Part shown: positions 21,350-33,274 of the stretch, one piece after another
How the letters are laid out: each line of letters starts with the position of its first letter
How positions within the stretch are numbered: the stretch's first letter is position 1
From: Fonticula-like sp. SCN 57-25
Lineage: Eukaryota
Assembly (NCBI GenBank): GCA_001724245.1
Contig: MEDX01000015.1
Coordinates: 62,001-102,742, forward strand
Reading direction: 5' to 3'
Length of the DNA: 40,742 nt
Translations under genes and position numbers: made by a program
The notes under the pieces: generated by a model
What the model was told of the DNA's origin: nothing
Database searches by the model: none
The model's input: only the letters and a program-made list of their open reading frames with translations

Positions 21350-24300
21350 TTACAATGTGAGCGCCGCGCGCCCCCTTTCAGCGCTCGAAGCGTGCAGCGC
21401 GTCGGCCGTGAGGTGCCCCAGCGGCATCAAAAGATGCGTCTGCATGTGCACAAGCAGCGGACTACCGTTAATTAGCGCAATAGCAGTCATGCTTTCCGCG
21501 ACAGAAATCAGTTTCCGCGAAAGCGGCGGCCCAAACAGCGCCGCCACAGCTCGCCACAGCCCACACGACGCCTGCAACACAAGCGCGTCAACTTCGGGCG
21601 TCGAAAACGCCATCGCCGCGATATGTGCCGCGCCCGCCGGCGGTGCAACCATTGCCGGCGGCATTGCCGCGACCGGCGCGTCGTCGCGCGTCGCCTGCTG
21701 CAGCTCGGCGAGCATGGCCGAAAGTGCCGGTGCGCCCGCGAGCGCGCCCTTTAGCTGCGCATAGTGCGCGTCAAACCCGAGCGAGGCGCGCGCGTCGCGG
21801 TGCGCGTTAATTTGCCGGAACGTGTGGTCGATCGTGTGCGCAAAGAGGCAATGTACGACGCGGCGAAGCAGCGCGCCCCACTGGAATGCCGCCGCTTCCA
21901 AATCGCCGCGGCGTTCAAGGCTGCGCAGCGCGCGCGCCATTGTCGCGAAAATGACAAGAATGTGCGAGCGCGCGACGGCGGCGAGCGGGTTGGCGCACGC
22001 GCGAAAAGCGCGCAGCGCAACAAGCAATGTCGGGCAAATGGCGCGCGCCTCTGCCGCCCAGCTCGCGGCATCAATCGAGCCACTATAGGCCCGCTCGAGC
22101 GCCGCCTGCATGATGCGCAGCGCGGCAATGGCGCCGACGATGCGGTCAATGCTCTCGGTCCAGCCCGACAGCAGCCGCACAAAGAACGCGCGAAACACAA
22201 AAATGCGGAACGCGTTGATGCGCGGCGCTTCGCCCGCGTCGCGCGCCGACAGCGCCTCTGCAAACGCGTCGAGGCGCTGCTGCTCTGCCTGCCGCCGCGC
22301 CGGGTGCAGCTGCACCGAGTCAAAGTGCTTTGAGAACGTCTGCGCAATGGAGCGCCGCACGTACGCGTCGCCGTGATAGTCGAGCCGCGCAAAGCAGCGC
22401 AGCAGCGCGACAAGATTGGCCGAACGCGCCGCCGTCAGCGGCCCCGTCGCGGGCGTCGCAGTCAAAAACTCGCCAATGAGCGCCGGCAGCATCGAGTCGC
22501 TCTCATTGCGGTCATACAGCAAATCTGTACACGTAATCATGAGATGCCCGACAACGGTCGCCGCAAACGTCGAGTACTGCGCCTGCAGATTCGGCCGCAC
22601 TTCAAGCTCGCGCACGCGCTGCTGCATAAAAGCAGGAATGTGCGCAATTCGCGCGCGAAGCGCCGCCCTCGCCTGTCGCAACTGCGGCCCGCTCAGCACT
22701 CTTGCCTGCTCATTTTGCCGCGCAATTTCAACTAAGACTGCCTGTACCATTGCTGGAATCGCCGCGCGGTACTCGTCCGGGTTGGCAAGCATCGACGCAC
22801 TGCCCGAAAGAACACCCGCAAGGCACCGCAATGTCGGCAGAGCGTGCTCGCCAAACGCGAGCGCCGACGTAAACACTGGCTGAACCGACACGGCATAATC
22901 AAGGTGCGCGCTAAACCACATTTGCACCAACTCTTTATCAAACAGCTGCGCACACAGCGGCATAACATCGAGCAGCCGCGAAAAAAACCGCGGCGGCACT
23001 TGTCTGTGCTCGGGCGTGTCGCCATACTGCAGCCATGACGAATTGGGCCCATACAGCGCAAGAATATCGTCCCACTGACGCACGCCGTGCAGCACAAGCA
23101 CAGGCGCCGCCTCAGCAAGCACATTCACAGCAAGAGAAAAAACATCGCGGTCGGCGCGGTACCGCGCATGCTGCCGACCAGCAACATTCCCCGGCACGGC
23201 GGCATTCTGAACACCAATTGTGCCGCCTTCCTTTCTAAAGCGAGAATGAACAAGACCAACAAGCAGCTTGTTTAAGGCGTCTTGAAACCGCCGCGCCACC
23301 TGCGCCGCCATCCCATCATCAGAAACAGAAACAGAAACAGAAGTTGAAGTGGCGGCGCTCAGTGGAACGCCAGCCTCGAGCGCGTCCATGTCAATGTCGA
23401 GCAATGCCGCGTCGAGCGAATCCTGACTGTCGCGGTCGCTCGTCGCGTACACTTGCGGCGCGCCCTGCACTGGACTCGCTGCAGGGCGACACAGCGACAG
23501 CACCGACGACACAATATAAAGCGCAGCGCGACGCAGCGCCGCCGGAAATGTCGCGTCGGCATTGAGAAACGCCGCCGACAGCGACAAAAACGCAAGATGG
23601 TCGGCTTGCGGAACTGCGCTGCGCCGCACAATTTTCTGAACGGCGCCCAAAAGTCCGACGAGCGCGTTTTCAAGCGCGTCCTGGCGCGACTTCCATGCTT
23701 GCCGCTCGGCGGGTCCCCACGGGGCGTCTTCAGGGCGCGACGTGGCGGGCGAAATGGAGCTCGAGGCAAAGATGGCGGGCGTCACGGGGGCGAAGCGGCG
23801 ACGCTCAGCGGCCACGTAGCGGTCGGCGACGGCGGAGATTGTCGTGCAGAGGGAAGTTATGATGGTGGAGGTGGGGAGGTCGAGGGCGTCGGCGAGGTCG
23901 ATGAGGACGGCGAGAGAGTCGGCAATGATGGCTTTGCAAGTGTCGTCGGTGGAGGAAACCATATCAACAAGGCCGCAAATGCGCCTGAAACAGAGTTAGT
24001 AAGGAAAGACATCGAAAAAGTAAGGAGAAAGTAAGGAAAAGCAAGATAAAGTATGGTAAAGTAAGGATAAGTAAGGAAAACCACCAAAAAGCCACCAAAA
24101 ACTACCAAAAAAACCATCAATTGCGCACTTTAAGGTGGCCGGTGCGTTCAATGTGCGCTGTACATATGCGAGGTAGACGAGAAGTGAACAGTGTGACGTC
24201 AGCGTCCGCGTGGCTGCCACTTCGCCAGTGTACCGCACCGACGTCGGCATATGCAAATAAATACTACAAAAGCATATTAGATTCATCCTCAGCCAATCAG

Positions 24301-27300
24301 AGAACGCCGTACGCGGACAAAAGTCGACCAAATTGGCGGTTTTGGCGGATCTGTTCTGCACGATCGGCGTCGCTGACCATATCCGATCGCGGGACGAGTC
24401 GTTCCAATTGAGCGTGAACGATTCGCACAAATATAATCAATGGTGTGTCATTGTCATCGGCCGCCACAAGCTGGTCAGACGCAGTCGCAAGCTGTGAAAA
24501 GTGTTAGCAATAATGTCACAGATATGAACTTTCTTATACTTATCATCAAAAAATATCATATCTCACACAGTATCATGTATGAAAATATATCATATCTCAC
24601 ACAGTATCATGGAAAGTATCATATCATACACAGCATCATATCTATAATATCATGTCACAAAGTACACAGCATCAAATACAGTATCATATCTCACACAGTA
24701 TCATATCTCACATCATATCTATTTCCACATACAATCCCTTATATTCCCCCTTGACGTACAGTTCTAACGAATCTTGGCAAAGTCAATTCTCCCTCCTCAA
24801 ACCCCTCTGCATCCGCCCTCGCGTTCCTCATCAGCAGCCACAGCGCCGCCATCACTTCCGCCGACGGCGCCCAAATCCGCGACAGCTCCAAGCAGCACAG
24901 CATCATGTGACGTACCGCCGACACTGAACACGTGACCTCTCTTGTGCGCGCCTGCTGCAGCCACGCGAGCACAAACTCCCAGTGCTGCGGCACGTCGGCA
25001 GTCGAGTCGAGCACGTGGCCGTCAACGCCGACGCGCGCGAGCGGCGCGAGGTAGGCGATGCACGCCCACCCGTGCGCCTCTGTGTTGGCCGCGGCCACGT
25101 CCTTGTGCGCCGACGAGAGCGTCGCGGCGGCCCACTTTTGCCACGCGGGCCGGAAGAGCGCCCAAAAGGAGCCGTCGTCGCCGACAACGTCGTCTTCTAC
25201 GTGGCCGTATTTTTGGCGCGAACGGAAGGCGTCGGCGATGTGGCGGATGCCGACGACGAGCTCGCGGGGGGGGTCGTCGAGGATGGAAGCGAGGCGGCTG
25301 CCGCCGGAAAAGGTCAGCGAAAAGAGCGTCGGCTGCTCAAAGAGGAGGGCGATGACGTCATAGAGGGCGGATGCGGCTTGTGTGATTGGGTGCGCGTCGA
25401 CGAAGAGGGCGCTCGCGGCAACGTCAACGTCAATGTGCTCGCTGCCGACGCACGAGGCGGCCCAGAGGGCGGAGACGGCGCGCCAGCGGGCGGCAAGGGC
25501 GCAACGAAGAAGGGCGCGGGAACGCGACCAGGGGAGTAACGGTGACAGCAAAGACAGGAAAGAAAGTGAAGACTCGTTCAGGGCGGTACGGAAACGCAAA
25601 ACATCCAATGAGCGCAGTCGCGGTAAACGAACGCGAACAAGCTTGTCAACAGAATCAAACGCGTCGCCAATCGAAACAAGCGCGCTTTCACAAAGTGACA
25701 TGTCCTTGGCGGCATCTTGAAGCAGCACACCAACACGTGAAAACGCATCAGATAGCATCAAAACCGCGTCATCACATGGTGCTGTCGCCGCACCGGGCTC
25801 GACGTCGTCCACGGGAAAGGTGAGCAGCCGCGAAAGATCGGCAAAGGCGAATGAACTGCCGGCAAAGCTCGCGTCCGGCGGCAGCGGAGGCACAGACACG
25901 AAGCCACGTGGCTGCGGTTTCGGTGGCGGCGCCGGCTGAGCAAAAAACATTCGCTGCTCGGGGGCGGCAAAGGCGCTTTCGGGCCGCGCGTCGTCCGCGT
26001 CCGCATCGAAAAAGTCGCCGTTCCCGCCAAATCCCTCATCGGCCGCCGCGTCGCCAGCAATAGTTAAACCGCCGCCGACGCCCACGTGGAGGAACAAGGA
26101 CCGCGGGGACGCGCCGGGTCGCCCTGGCGACGGCCACTCGTCCTGCGTCGCGCCGAGCAGCCTTCCGCTGCCGCCACGTGGCGTACTGAGAAGCGACGGC
26201 AGGGGGGGCCGCGTGGATGTGCGCGCGCGCATTGCCGACCACACTCGACGTGGCGGCGTCATTGGCGAAGGCGACGCCGACGACGTGCGTGGCGCCGACG
26301 TGGCGCGCGTTCGAATCCGCCTGACAATTTGCTGAAGAACGGCCTCGAGGCGGCGTTTTTTGTGCTCGCGGTCGCTCAATGCGCGCTTTTCAGAAGGAAG
26401 AACGCTCGCGTCGGCGAACCGTTTGGGGGCGCGGCGCACAACTTTGCCGGAAACGACGCGCTTGCGACGAACAACCGTCGCGGATTCCGATCGAGGCTTG
26501 CGCGGTGCGTCATGTCTGCTCTTGTGTGGCGAGTGGGCCTCTAACCGACCCGTCGTGTGTGGCGATCTATCAACTTGCCTCGACTTTTGTGGCGATCTAT
26601 CAACGTCTTGATGCCTTGACCTTGGCGTGTCGGCCTCAAACCGACTCGACTTTAATGGTGATCGATCCGACTCTAGCCGACCCGATCTCTGCGGCGATCG
26701 GTGATGAAGGGCAGGCGAAAATGCTTGCCGCGCAGGTGATACTACGGGACGCTTGTCGTGCGGCGTGCGCGGCGTCAAATGCTCACCAGAAGCCGCCATT
26801 GGTCGTCGCATCGGCGTCATCAGGGCCGTCAGTGGCGGCAAATCGCTGCCGTCGTCGGCGTCGGCGTCGGCTTCTGCGTCAAAGTCGTCGTCTTCAATGA
26901 CGAGCGGCATGGAAGGTCGGCCGTTGCCACGCGTCGCGACGTAAGGCACTTCTCTGACGGGGCTCGGCGCGGCACTCTTGAGCGGACTTGGCGCTGCGCT
27001 CGCGACATTCGACCGAAGCGGGCTTGGCGGCACACTTCTGCGAACATCTTCTTCTTCTTCCTCTTCGTCGTCGTCGACAATGAAGCGACGCTGTGGCCTT
27101 ACAAGCGGCTCGTCGGCGTCGTCGCCGCGTCGCGCATCACCGCCGCGCGCCCTCTTTCTGTGCTCGCCGTCGTCTTCTTCGTCGCCTTCCTCGTTTGCAA
27201 TGACGCGCCGGCGTACGCTCGACACTGCTCTGCCACGTGACCGCACGGTGGAGTACCCCGGCCCGGTATCAAAGTGCGGAAAGTGCCTTCTTATTGACTC

Positions 27301-28794
27301 GTTGACGCCCTGCTCGATGCGCTGCACGTCCTCCTGCTCCCACGTGCGGCGGTAGCGCTCCTCGGACTCTTGCCCGTACGTCTCGCTCTCGTCGGCCTCG
27401 GACGGCCGCAGCTGCCGAAACTGACCGTGCTCGTCCCAGCCGTACGTCGGGTCGGCCAGAACGCCCTCGCGAAGCAGCTTGCGGTAGTGATTGCTGCACT
27501 GGTAGCCGACCTTGTGAGGGAGAGCGAGGCTGAAAATGCCCCAGGCGCTGCCAACGCGCCACCCGCTGCTCTTGAACTGGTCGTAGCGCGCCATCCAGAT
27601 CGCTTCTTCCTCCTGGGTTAGCGAGCCCATTGACTGGTGAAAGCACAGCTCGGTGAAGCGGTAGTAAAAGGCGTTCGGGTTATCGTGGCGCTGCGCCCAC
27701 GCGCGAAGCTGCGCTGTCGACCACTTGGCGACGGCAGAGTCGCAAAACTGGTCCTGGAAGCCTTTCTGGCGCGTCGCGGTGGAGGAGACGGCGCGGGCGC
27801 GCTGGCGGGCGGCGCGCTCAAGGTCGTACACGCGGCGGCCCGTCGGCGATGACGAAGGCAGCGGCTCGTCATTTAATACAAGGCGCCTGCGCGCAGAAAC
27901 GGGCGTGGCAGACTCGTCTTCAGACGACGATGAGTCGGAATACATTTCCATTTCGGCTGCTTCGGCTGCTTCGCGTGCTTGCTGCAGCGAAGTGAACAGC
28001 AGCTGCCGCTCGGATTCGCTGGCAGTGATGCGACGCGACGTTGAAAACTGGCCGTCGCGGGCGGACGACTCGCCGCTCTCGTCGATAAAGACAATGCCAT
28101 TGCAGGGCGGCGGCTCGTCAAGGCGACGGATGGAGCGCCAAAAGACACGCAAAAAGGCGGGCGGGCGGCCATTCGACGCCGCCTCGAGCCACGAGGCAGG
28201 CGCGGGCGGGTCGCTCGTCGCGGCATCGGCCGAAACAGCATCAGCGTCACTTGGTGTCGTCGAATCGCCGCCGTCGCCTTGTACGATGTCATTGGCTGCG
28301 CCATCGTCGGACGTGGTGACATCAGTTGATTCAGCCTCGGCGCCACTCAATGACGCATCATTAAAAACAGCAACATCGTCATCAGCACCGCCTAATGTCG
28401 TCGATTCGCTACTAGAAACATCTTTGGCTTGTACTATGTCGGTCGCTGCGTCATCTGCCGCGCCCACCTCAATCGTGGCACTTGAAACAGTAGCGCTCAC
28501 CGGTGGCATCCCTGGTCGCCGCGTAAACGTCGCCATGGAATAAAAGTCTATATTATCTTCTTCCTCGTCATCCTGCACTTCCGGCGTACTTGGCAGCTCA
28601 ATCCGCGATCGCCCCCGCGGCACCACCAGCCTGCCCACAACCTCGGCCCGCTCCTCTCGCCCGACCGTCGAAAGCTGTATCGTCGTCAGCTCCTTTCTCT
28701 CCCACGCTCTCCGCGCCTCGAGCATCTCTCTCTCATCGGGCACGTCGTCATCGACGCGTGGCCTGACGCCATCATCATGCACGTCGGCCTCCAT
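21350..28794 (-). CDS. ~2340-aa Mms22/Mus7-like replication-fork repair protein with an N-terminal Myb/SANT-like domain. Exons 28794-24760, 24491-24313, 24263-24129, 23984-21350
   Basis: Three frame-preserving GTRCG introns join the 1351-aa and 870-aa ORFs. The C-terminal helical region has WDDILALYGPNSSWLQYGDTPEHRQVPPRFF..LL and LVQMWF, like fungal Mus7/Mms22, plus SHCSLLVYL...ICGLVDMVSS..TC. Confidence 0.7.
24552..24722 (+). repeat. Degenerate ATCATATCTCACACAGT repeats in Mms22-like intron 1
   Basis: Recurring tatcatatctcacacagtatcat units. Confidence 0.8.
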
Positions 28795-28827
28795 CCGGCC
28801 GGCGTTTCAAACTGCGCACCAGCCTGC

Positions 28828-28842
28828 GTTTCGCGCGCTTTT
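28828..28842 (-). promoter_or_regulatory. E2F-like element GTTTCGCGCGCTTTT, 33 nt upstream of the Mms22-like ATG
   Basis: Contains TTTSSCGC. An identical 15-mer lies at 39162-39176. Confidence 0.5.
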
Positions 28843-28986
28843 TCTTCTTGATCGCGATCCGAATTAAGGCGATCGCGATTGTCCGCTGACCAATCGCGTG
28901 TTGCCAGCATAGTTTTCTTTTCTCCCATCGTAAGAGGGAGGCGTTTTATTCTTTCTTGCCGTCGCCATCGACTGTCTTCGGCCAGA

Positions 28987-30564
28987 ATGAAGTTCCTCGT
29001 CGTGGCGCTTCTCGCCATCGCGGCGGTCGCCACCGTCCAGGCTGAGAAGAACGTTATTACCCTCACCACCGACAGCTTTGACTCGGTTGTCCTCGAGGAG
29101 GGCACCATGCTCGTCGAGTTCTTCGCCCCCTGTACGTACTTCTCCTGCGCGGGAAGATGGCGGGAGTGCTGACGGGAGGCGATGCCGGGACTGCGGGCCG
29201 TGTGTTAACTGTGCTTTGCTAACGCGCGCCTGTGCGTTGATAGGGTGCGGCCACTGCAAGGCTCTTGCCCCCAAGCTCGAGACTGCCGCCGGTACCCTCA
29301 AGGCTGACAACATCAAGGTCGGCGCTATTGACTGCACTGTTGAGACCGAGATCTGCACCCAGTTCGAGGTTCGTGGCTACCCGACCCTCAAGGTCTTCCG
29401 CAAGGGCGAGCAGGCCTCTGACTACCAGGGCGGCCGCGAGACCGATGAGATTGTTTCGTTCATGCGCAAGGCTGCCGCTCCGACTGTGACCATCATCACC
29501 GCCGCCGAGGTCGAGTCGATCGCCCACAAGGACCGCGTTGTTGTCGTTGCCTCGATCCCCTCTGGCGAGACCGAGCAGATCACCGCCTACGAGAAGGTTG
29601 CCAAGGAGCTCCGCCTCGAGTACTCTTTCTACCGCGTCTCTGATGCCACCGCCGCCGGCATCACGCTCTTCAAGACCTTTGATGAGGGCAAGGCCGAGTA
29701 CTCTGGCGACTTTACCGAGGAGTCGATCAGCGAGTTTGTCAAGACCAACGCTCTCCCGATCATGGACGACATTAGCCAGCAGAACTATGCCCGCTACGCC
29801 AAGACCGGCCTCCCCCTCGGCTTCCTCTTTGTGAGCAGCCAGGAGCAGCGCGACACCATCGGCCAGGAGGTCGAGAACGTCGCCCGCGAGCACAAGGGCA
29901 AGATCAACTTTGTCTACATTGACGCCAACAAGTTCGCCGGCTTTGCCGACAACCTCGGCGTCAAGCAGGAGTGGCCCGCCTTTGCCGTCCAGCACAAGAA
30001 CTTCAAGTACATCGCCTCGCAGGAGGAGCCGCTCACCGGCGCCGCCGTTGCCAAGCTCGCCGAGGACCTCATCAACAACGTCGCCGTCCCGGTGTACAAG
30101 TCGGAGCCCATCCCCACCAGCCAGGATGGCCCGGTCACCGTCGTCGTCAACAAGAACTTTAACGACATTGTCTTTGGCGGCAAGAACGTCCTCATCGAGT
30201 TTTACGCTCCCTGTACGCATTTTTGACGGCGCTGATTGGTCGGTTTGCTGACATTTCCCGCGTTTTTTTCCTTTTTTTTCCCTCTCTCTCAGGGTGCGGC
30301 CACTGCAAGCAGCTCGCCCCGATCTACGACGAGCTTGGTGAGGCCTACACTGACGATGAGGTCATCATTGCCAAGATGGACGCCACCGCCAACGACGTGC
30401 CCGAGTCTGCGCCTTTCGAGATCCGTGGCTTCCCCACCATCTTCCTCGTCCGCGCCAACGGCGAGGCCGTCGAGTACGAGGGCGACCGCAAGTTTGAGGA
30501 CTTTGTCGCTTTCCTCACCCGCAACGGCATCAACCGCTCGGGTGCCGCCCACGACGAGCTCTAA
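28987..30564 (+). CDS. PDI: Protein disulfide isomerase (a-b-b'-a'). Exons 28987-29131, 29244-30212, 30293-30564
   Basis: Signal peptide [14 protein letters not shown], two WCGHCK active sites after splicing, and C-terminal HDEL. Confidence 0.97.
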
Positions 30565-30824
30565 ACATGTATAACATGCGTAATAGCGTTTTTTCATCAT
30601 TTGCGTCCAATAAATGACGAAGAAAAGACTCGTTTGAATATCACGGTACATTTTGTTACCTTTCCCGAAAATTATAGCCACTTTTTTGCCATGTTTATGT
30701 TAGTGTGCCGTCTTGTCAGGCCACGTCATCGCTTCGTTTACAGTTCCTTCTATTCAGTGCCACATAAACGTGCACAAATGCTCATATTTACAACAAGATA
30801 ATACACCTAAAATCGTTTCTGTGC

Positions 30825-31595
30825 TCACAGCCTGATAGAGACGGCGTGCTCGAGCGCGATATTCGCGTGCGACGCGACCATGACCATGCCGCCTTCTTGC
30901 CTGTGTTCCCTGATCAGCCCCTCAATGCGCTCCTGCGTCCTATTATCCCGCTAATGTTAGCACATCCCACAAGGCAAGTGTGCCACGTACTTTGTATCGA
31001 GGGCGATCGTCGGCTCATCGAGCAGCCACACGGTCCTCGGCGCAGCGAGAAGCCTTACAAAGGAGAGCATGCGCCGCTGGCCGGTGGACAGCTGCCGCAC
31101 GTCCCTGTCGCGCAGGTGGTCCACCTGCATGCGGCTGAACGCCTCGTTGAGCAGTTTTTCGCTGCCGCCAGAGATGTGGCACAGCATGCGCAGCTGCTCC
31201 TCGACGCCGAGCGATTCGGTCAGGCCGTCGACGCGCGCGCCGACGTAATGCGCGTGATCCTTGATCGCCTCGTGGTACTCCCACGCAGTGTGGTACTGGC
31301 CGTTGACAAAAAAGGCGCCCTCGAGCGGCGTGCTAAAGCTCGCAACGGCGCGGAGCAGTGTTGTCTTGCCACTGCCATTCGGGCCCTGCAGGAGCAGCGC
31401 GCTGCCCGGCGACAGCGAAAAGGACATGTCACGAATCACCCATTTAAAGTTGACGCGGCAGCCCAGCCGAACCGCAGACAAGGTCACTGGTAACATATTA
31501 GCATTGTCACGCCACAAAAGAGACAAAGAAATGGCTGGCGCACTGAGATCAAGCAGATGCGGCCGGCCCGCCGCCACCAGCACCGCCGCCGCCAT
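30825..31595 (-). CDS. ccmA: CcmA-like heme-export ABC ATPase (cytochrome c maturation System I), nuclear-encoded. Exons 31595-31544, 31486-30991, 30939-30825
   Basis: Stand-alone ~220-aa ABC NBD: LGCRV...IRDMSFSLSPG, GPNGSGKTTLLR, YVG..DGLTESLGVEEQL, LSTGQRR, WLLDEPTIALD, EHRQEGGMVMVASH. The last two motifs are CcmA-typical. Confidence 0.82.
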
Positions 31596-31637
31596 GCTGA
31601 ATATCACGTGACTCAGTCTCACGTGATCACATTTGCC
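31596..31637. promoter_or_regulatory. 42-bp head-to-head intergenic with two palindromic TCACGTGA E-boxes (31604-31611, 31619-31626) and TGACTCA (31609-31615)
   Basis: Sequence read between the ccmA ATG (31595) and the ORC5 ATG (31638). Regulatory function is inferred. Confidence 0.55.
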
Positions 31638-32957
31638 ATGTCAGCCGAGCTGTCGGCGGCGTTCCCTGGGCGGCAGTCGCAGATCGCGACGCTTGGTCGC
31701 CTGCTCCGGAGCTGCGAGTCGGGCTCTCTCCCCACCCCCGCGCTGCACATATGGGGCGCCCCCGCCTCCGGCAAGACTGCGGTTGTTCAAGCCGTTCTTG
31801 AGGGCAGCCGCTCGCAGGTCGCGTGGGTCAAATGCCTCGAGTGCTACTCTGCGCGCCTCTTTTACGAGCGCGTCCTGTCTGCCCTTGGGCATCCCGATGA
31901 CCGCGTCGTGACGCTCATGGACTTTGTGAACGCACTTTCTCGCATTCTCCCCGAGTCCGGCCCGACGCCGATCCTCGTTGTGGACCATGCGGATCGCCTT
32001 CTTCGCCTCACCCCCCCCACGCTTATCGCCTCCCTTTTACGCCTGAGCGATCTCACCGGCCGCCGCGTGTGCGTGATCCTGATCAGCCAGCTTGTATGGG
32101 ACCGCCTGCGCCCCCGCCCCGGCTGCCGCGACCCGCTCATCCTCCACTTTGATGCCTACTCTGAGGATCAGATGCGCCGCATCCTCGAGGCCGACTGCCC
32201 ACTAGAAGAGCAGCCCGACCCGCGCCTGTACGCCGCCTTTGTCGAGCTCGTCGTCAAAGTTTTCCGCCACGCGTGCAAAAACATTAATGAGCTGCGCTTT
32301 ATCGTTTCTGCGCTGTTTCCAAAGTACCTCGAGCCGACGCGCGCCGCCGAAGCGCCGCTGCGCCGCGACCCCGTCAAGCTGTACGCGCGCATCGAGCCCT
32401 ACTTTCGGACAATGCTCGCCAAGCTGTACCTCAGGGACGTGTCGGCGCTCGAGCTCGACGCGTCGCTCGACGCGGCCGACGCCGAGGACGCGGCAAAGCG
32501 CGCGGCGGCCGTCCGCGGTCTCGCCTTTTACGTGAAATTCCTCGTCATCGCCGCCTTTCTCGCGTCGTACAACCCGCCGCGGCTCGACGCGCGCTACTTT
32601 TCGCGCGGCAATGAAGGCGCGACAAGCACGGCGCGCGGCAGGGCGTCCGGTGGCGCTGCTGCGGCGCCTTCCTCGGCGTCGGGGCGCGTCAGGCAGCAAC
32701 TGCTCGGGCCAAAGTCGTTCCCGGTCGACCGCATGCTCGCCATTTTTTACAGCATTTTGGATAGGCCGCTCGACAGTACAGTCGATATTCATATTCAGAT
32801 ATCGACGCTTGTCAGTTTGAGGCTGCTCACGCAGGTGACGTCGCTCGATGGGCTAGAGGCGGTAAAGTACAGGTGCAATGTTCCGTTCGAGATGGTGAGG
32901 GAGTTGGCCGATTCGGTTCAGCTCGACGTCCATAGGCTCCTATACGATTTCAGGTAG
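31638..32957 (+). CDS. ORC5: Origin recognition complex subunit 5, intronless
   Basis: FPGRQSQI..L, Walker A GAPASGKT, VKFLVIAAFLASYNPPRLDARYF, LLGPKSFPVDRMLAIFYSI, YRCNV. Confidence 0.95.
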   Translation: MSAELSAAFPGRQSQIATLGRLLRSCESGSLPTPALHIWGAPASGKTAVVQAVLEGSRSQVAWVKCLECYSARLFYERVLSALGHPDDRVVTLMDFVNALSRILPESGPTPILVVDHADRLLRLTPPTLIASLLRLSDLTGRRVCVILISQLVWDRLRPRPGCRDPLILHFDAYSEDQMRRILEADCPLEEQPDPRLYAAFVELVVKVFRHACKNINELRFIVSALFPKYLEPTRAAEAPLRRDPVKLYARIEPYFRTMLAKLYLRDVSALELDASLDAADAEDAAKRAAAVRGLAFYVKFLVIAAFLASYNPPRLDARYFSRGNEGATSTARGRASGGAAAAPSSASGRVRQQLLGPKSFPVDRMLAIFYSILDRPLDSTVDIHIQISTLVSLRLLTQVTSLDGLEAVKYRCNVPFEMVRELADSVQLDVHRLLYDFR

Positions 32958-33274
32958 GAAAGAAAAGGTTTGTTATGTTGTATTTGTATTCTAGACAAAC
33001 ATAAATAAATTCAGTGCGCATCCACGTGACTGTATCATAAAGTCCAATACTCTATTCTGGTTATTGTGTGTGTTTGTACTGTAGTCTAAAAGAAGATTTG
33101 GGTGGCCATCATGTACTGAAATACTCTACATTGTACTATAAAAATATTCATTGTCCACATGACCTTCTGATCCAGAATATGCATTAAACTCACGACTGTA
33201 TATACATACCAATGCTACACTTCATATCGCACACCCAATCACCACCCTCCCTCTCACCAACCCACCAATCACAC

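Noticed and set aside
21350-23962. 870-aa ORF as a separate gene
   Set aside because: It joins in frame to upstream exons through canonical introns, and there is no promoter-like gap.
29219-30220. 333-aa antisense ORF over PDI, and similar ORFs over NCKAP1 (7593-8780)
   Set aside because: Same codon-bias artefact.
30825-31595. ccmA as bacterial contamination or a NUMT
   Set aside because: It has two host-type GTRCG spliceosomal introns, host-like codon usage and tight linkage to ORC5.
31557-31637. Overlapping N-terminal extensions of ORC5 and ccmA suggested by the ORF track
   Set aside because: ORC5 similarity starts at MSAELSAAFPGR (31638), and the longer ccmA start is non-ATG.
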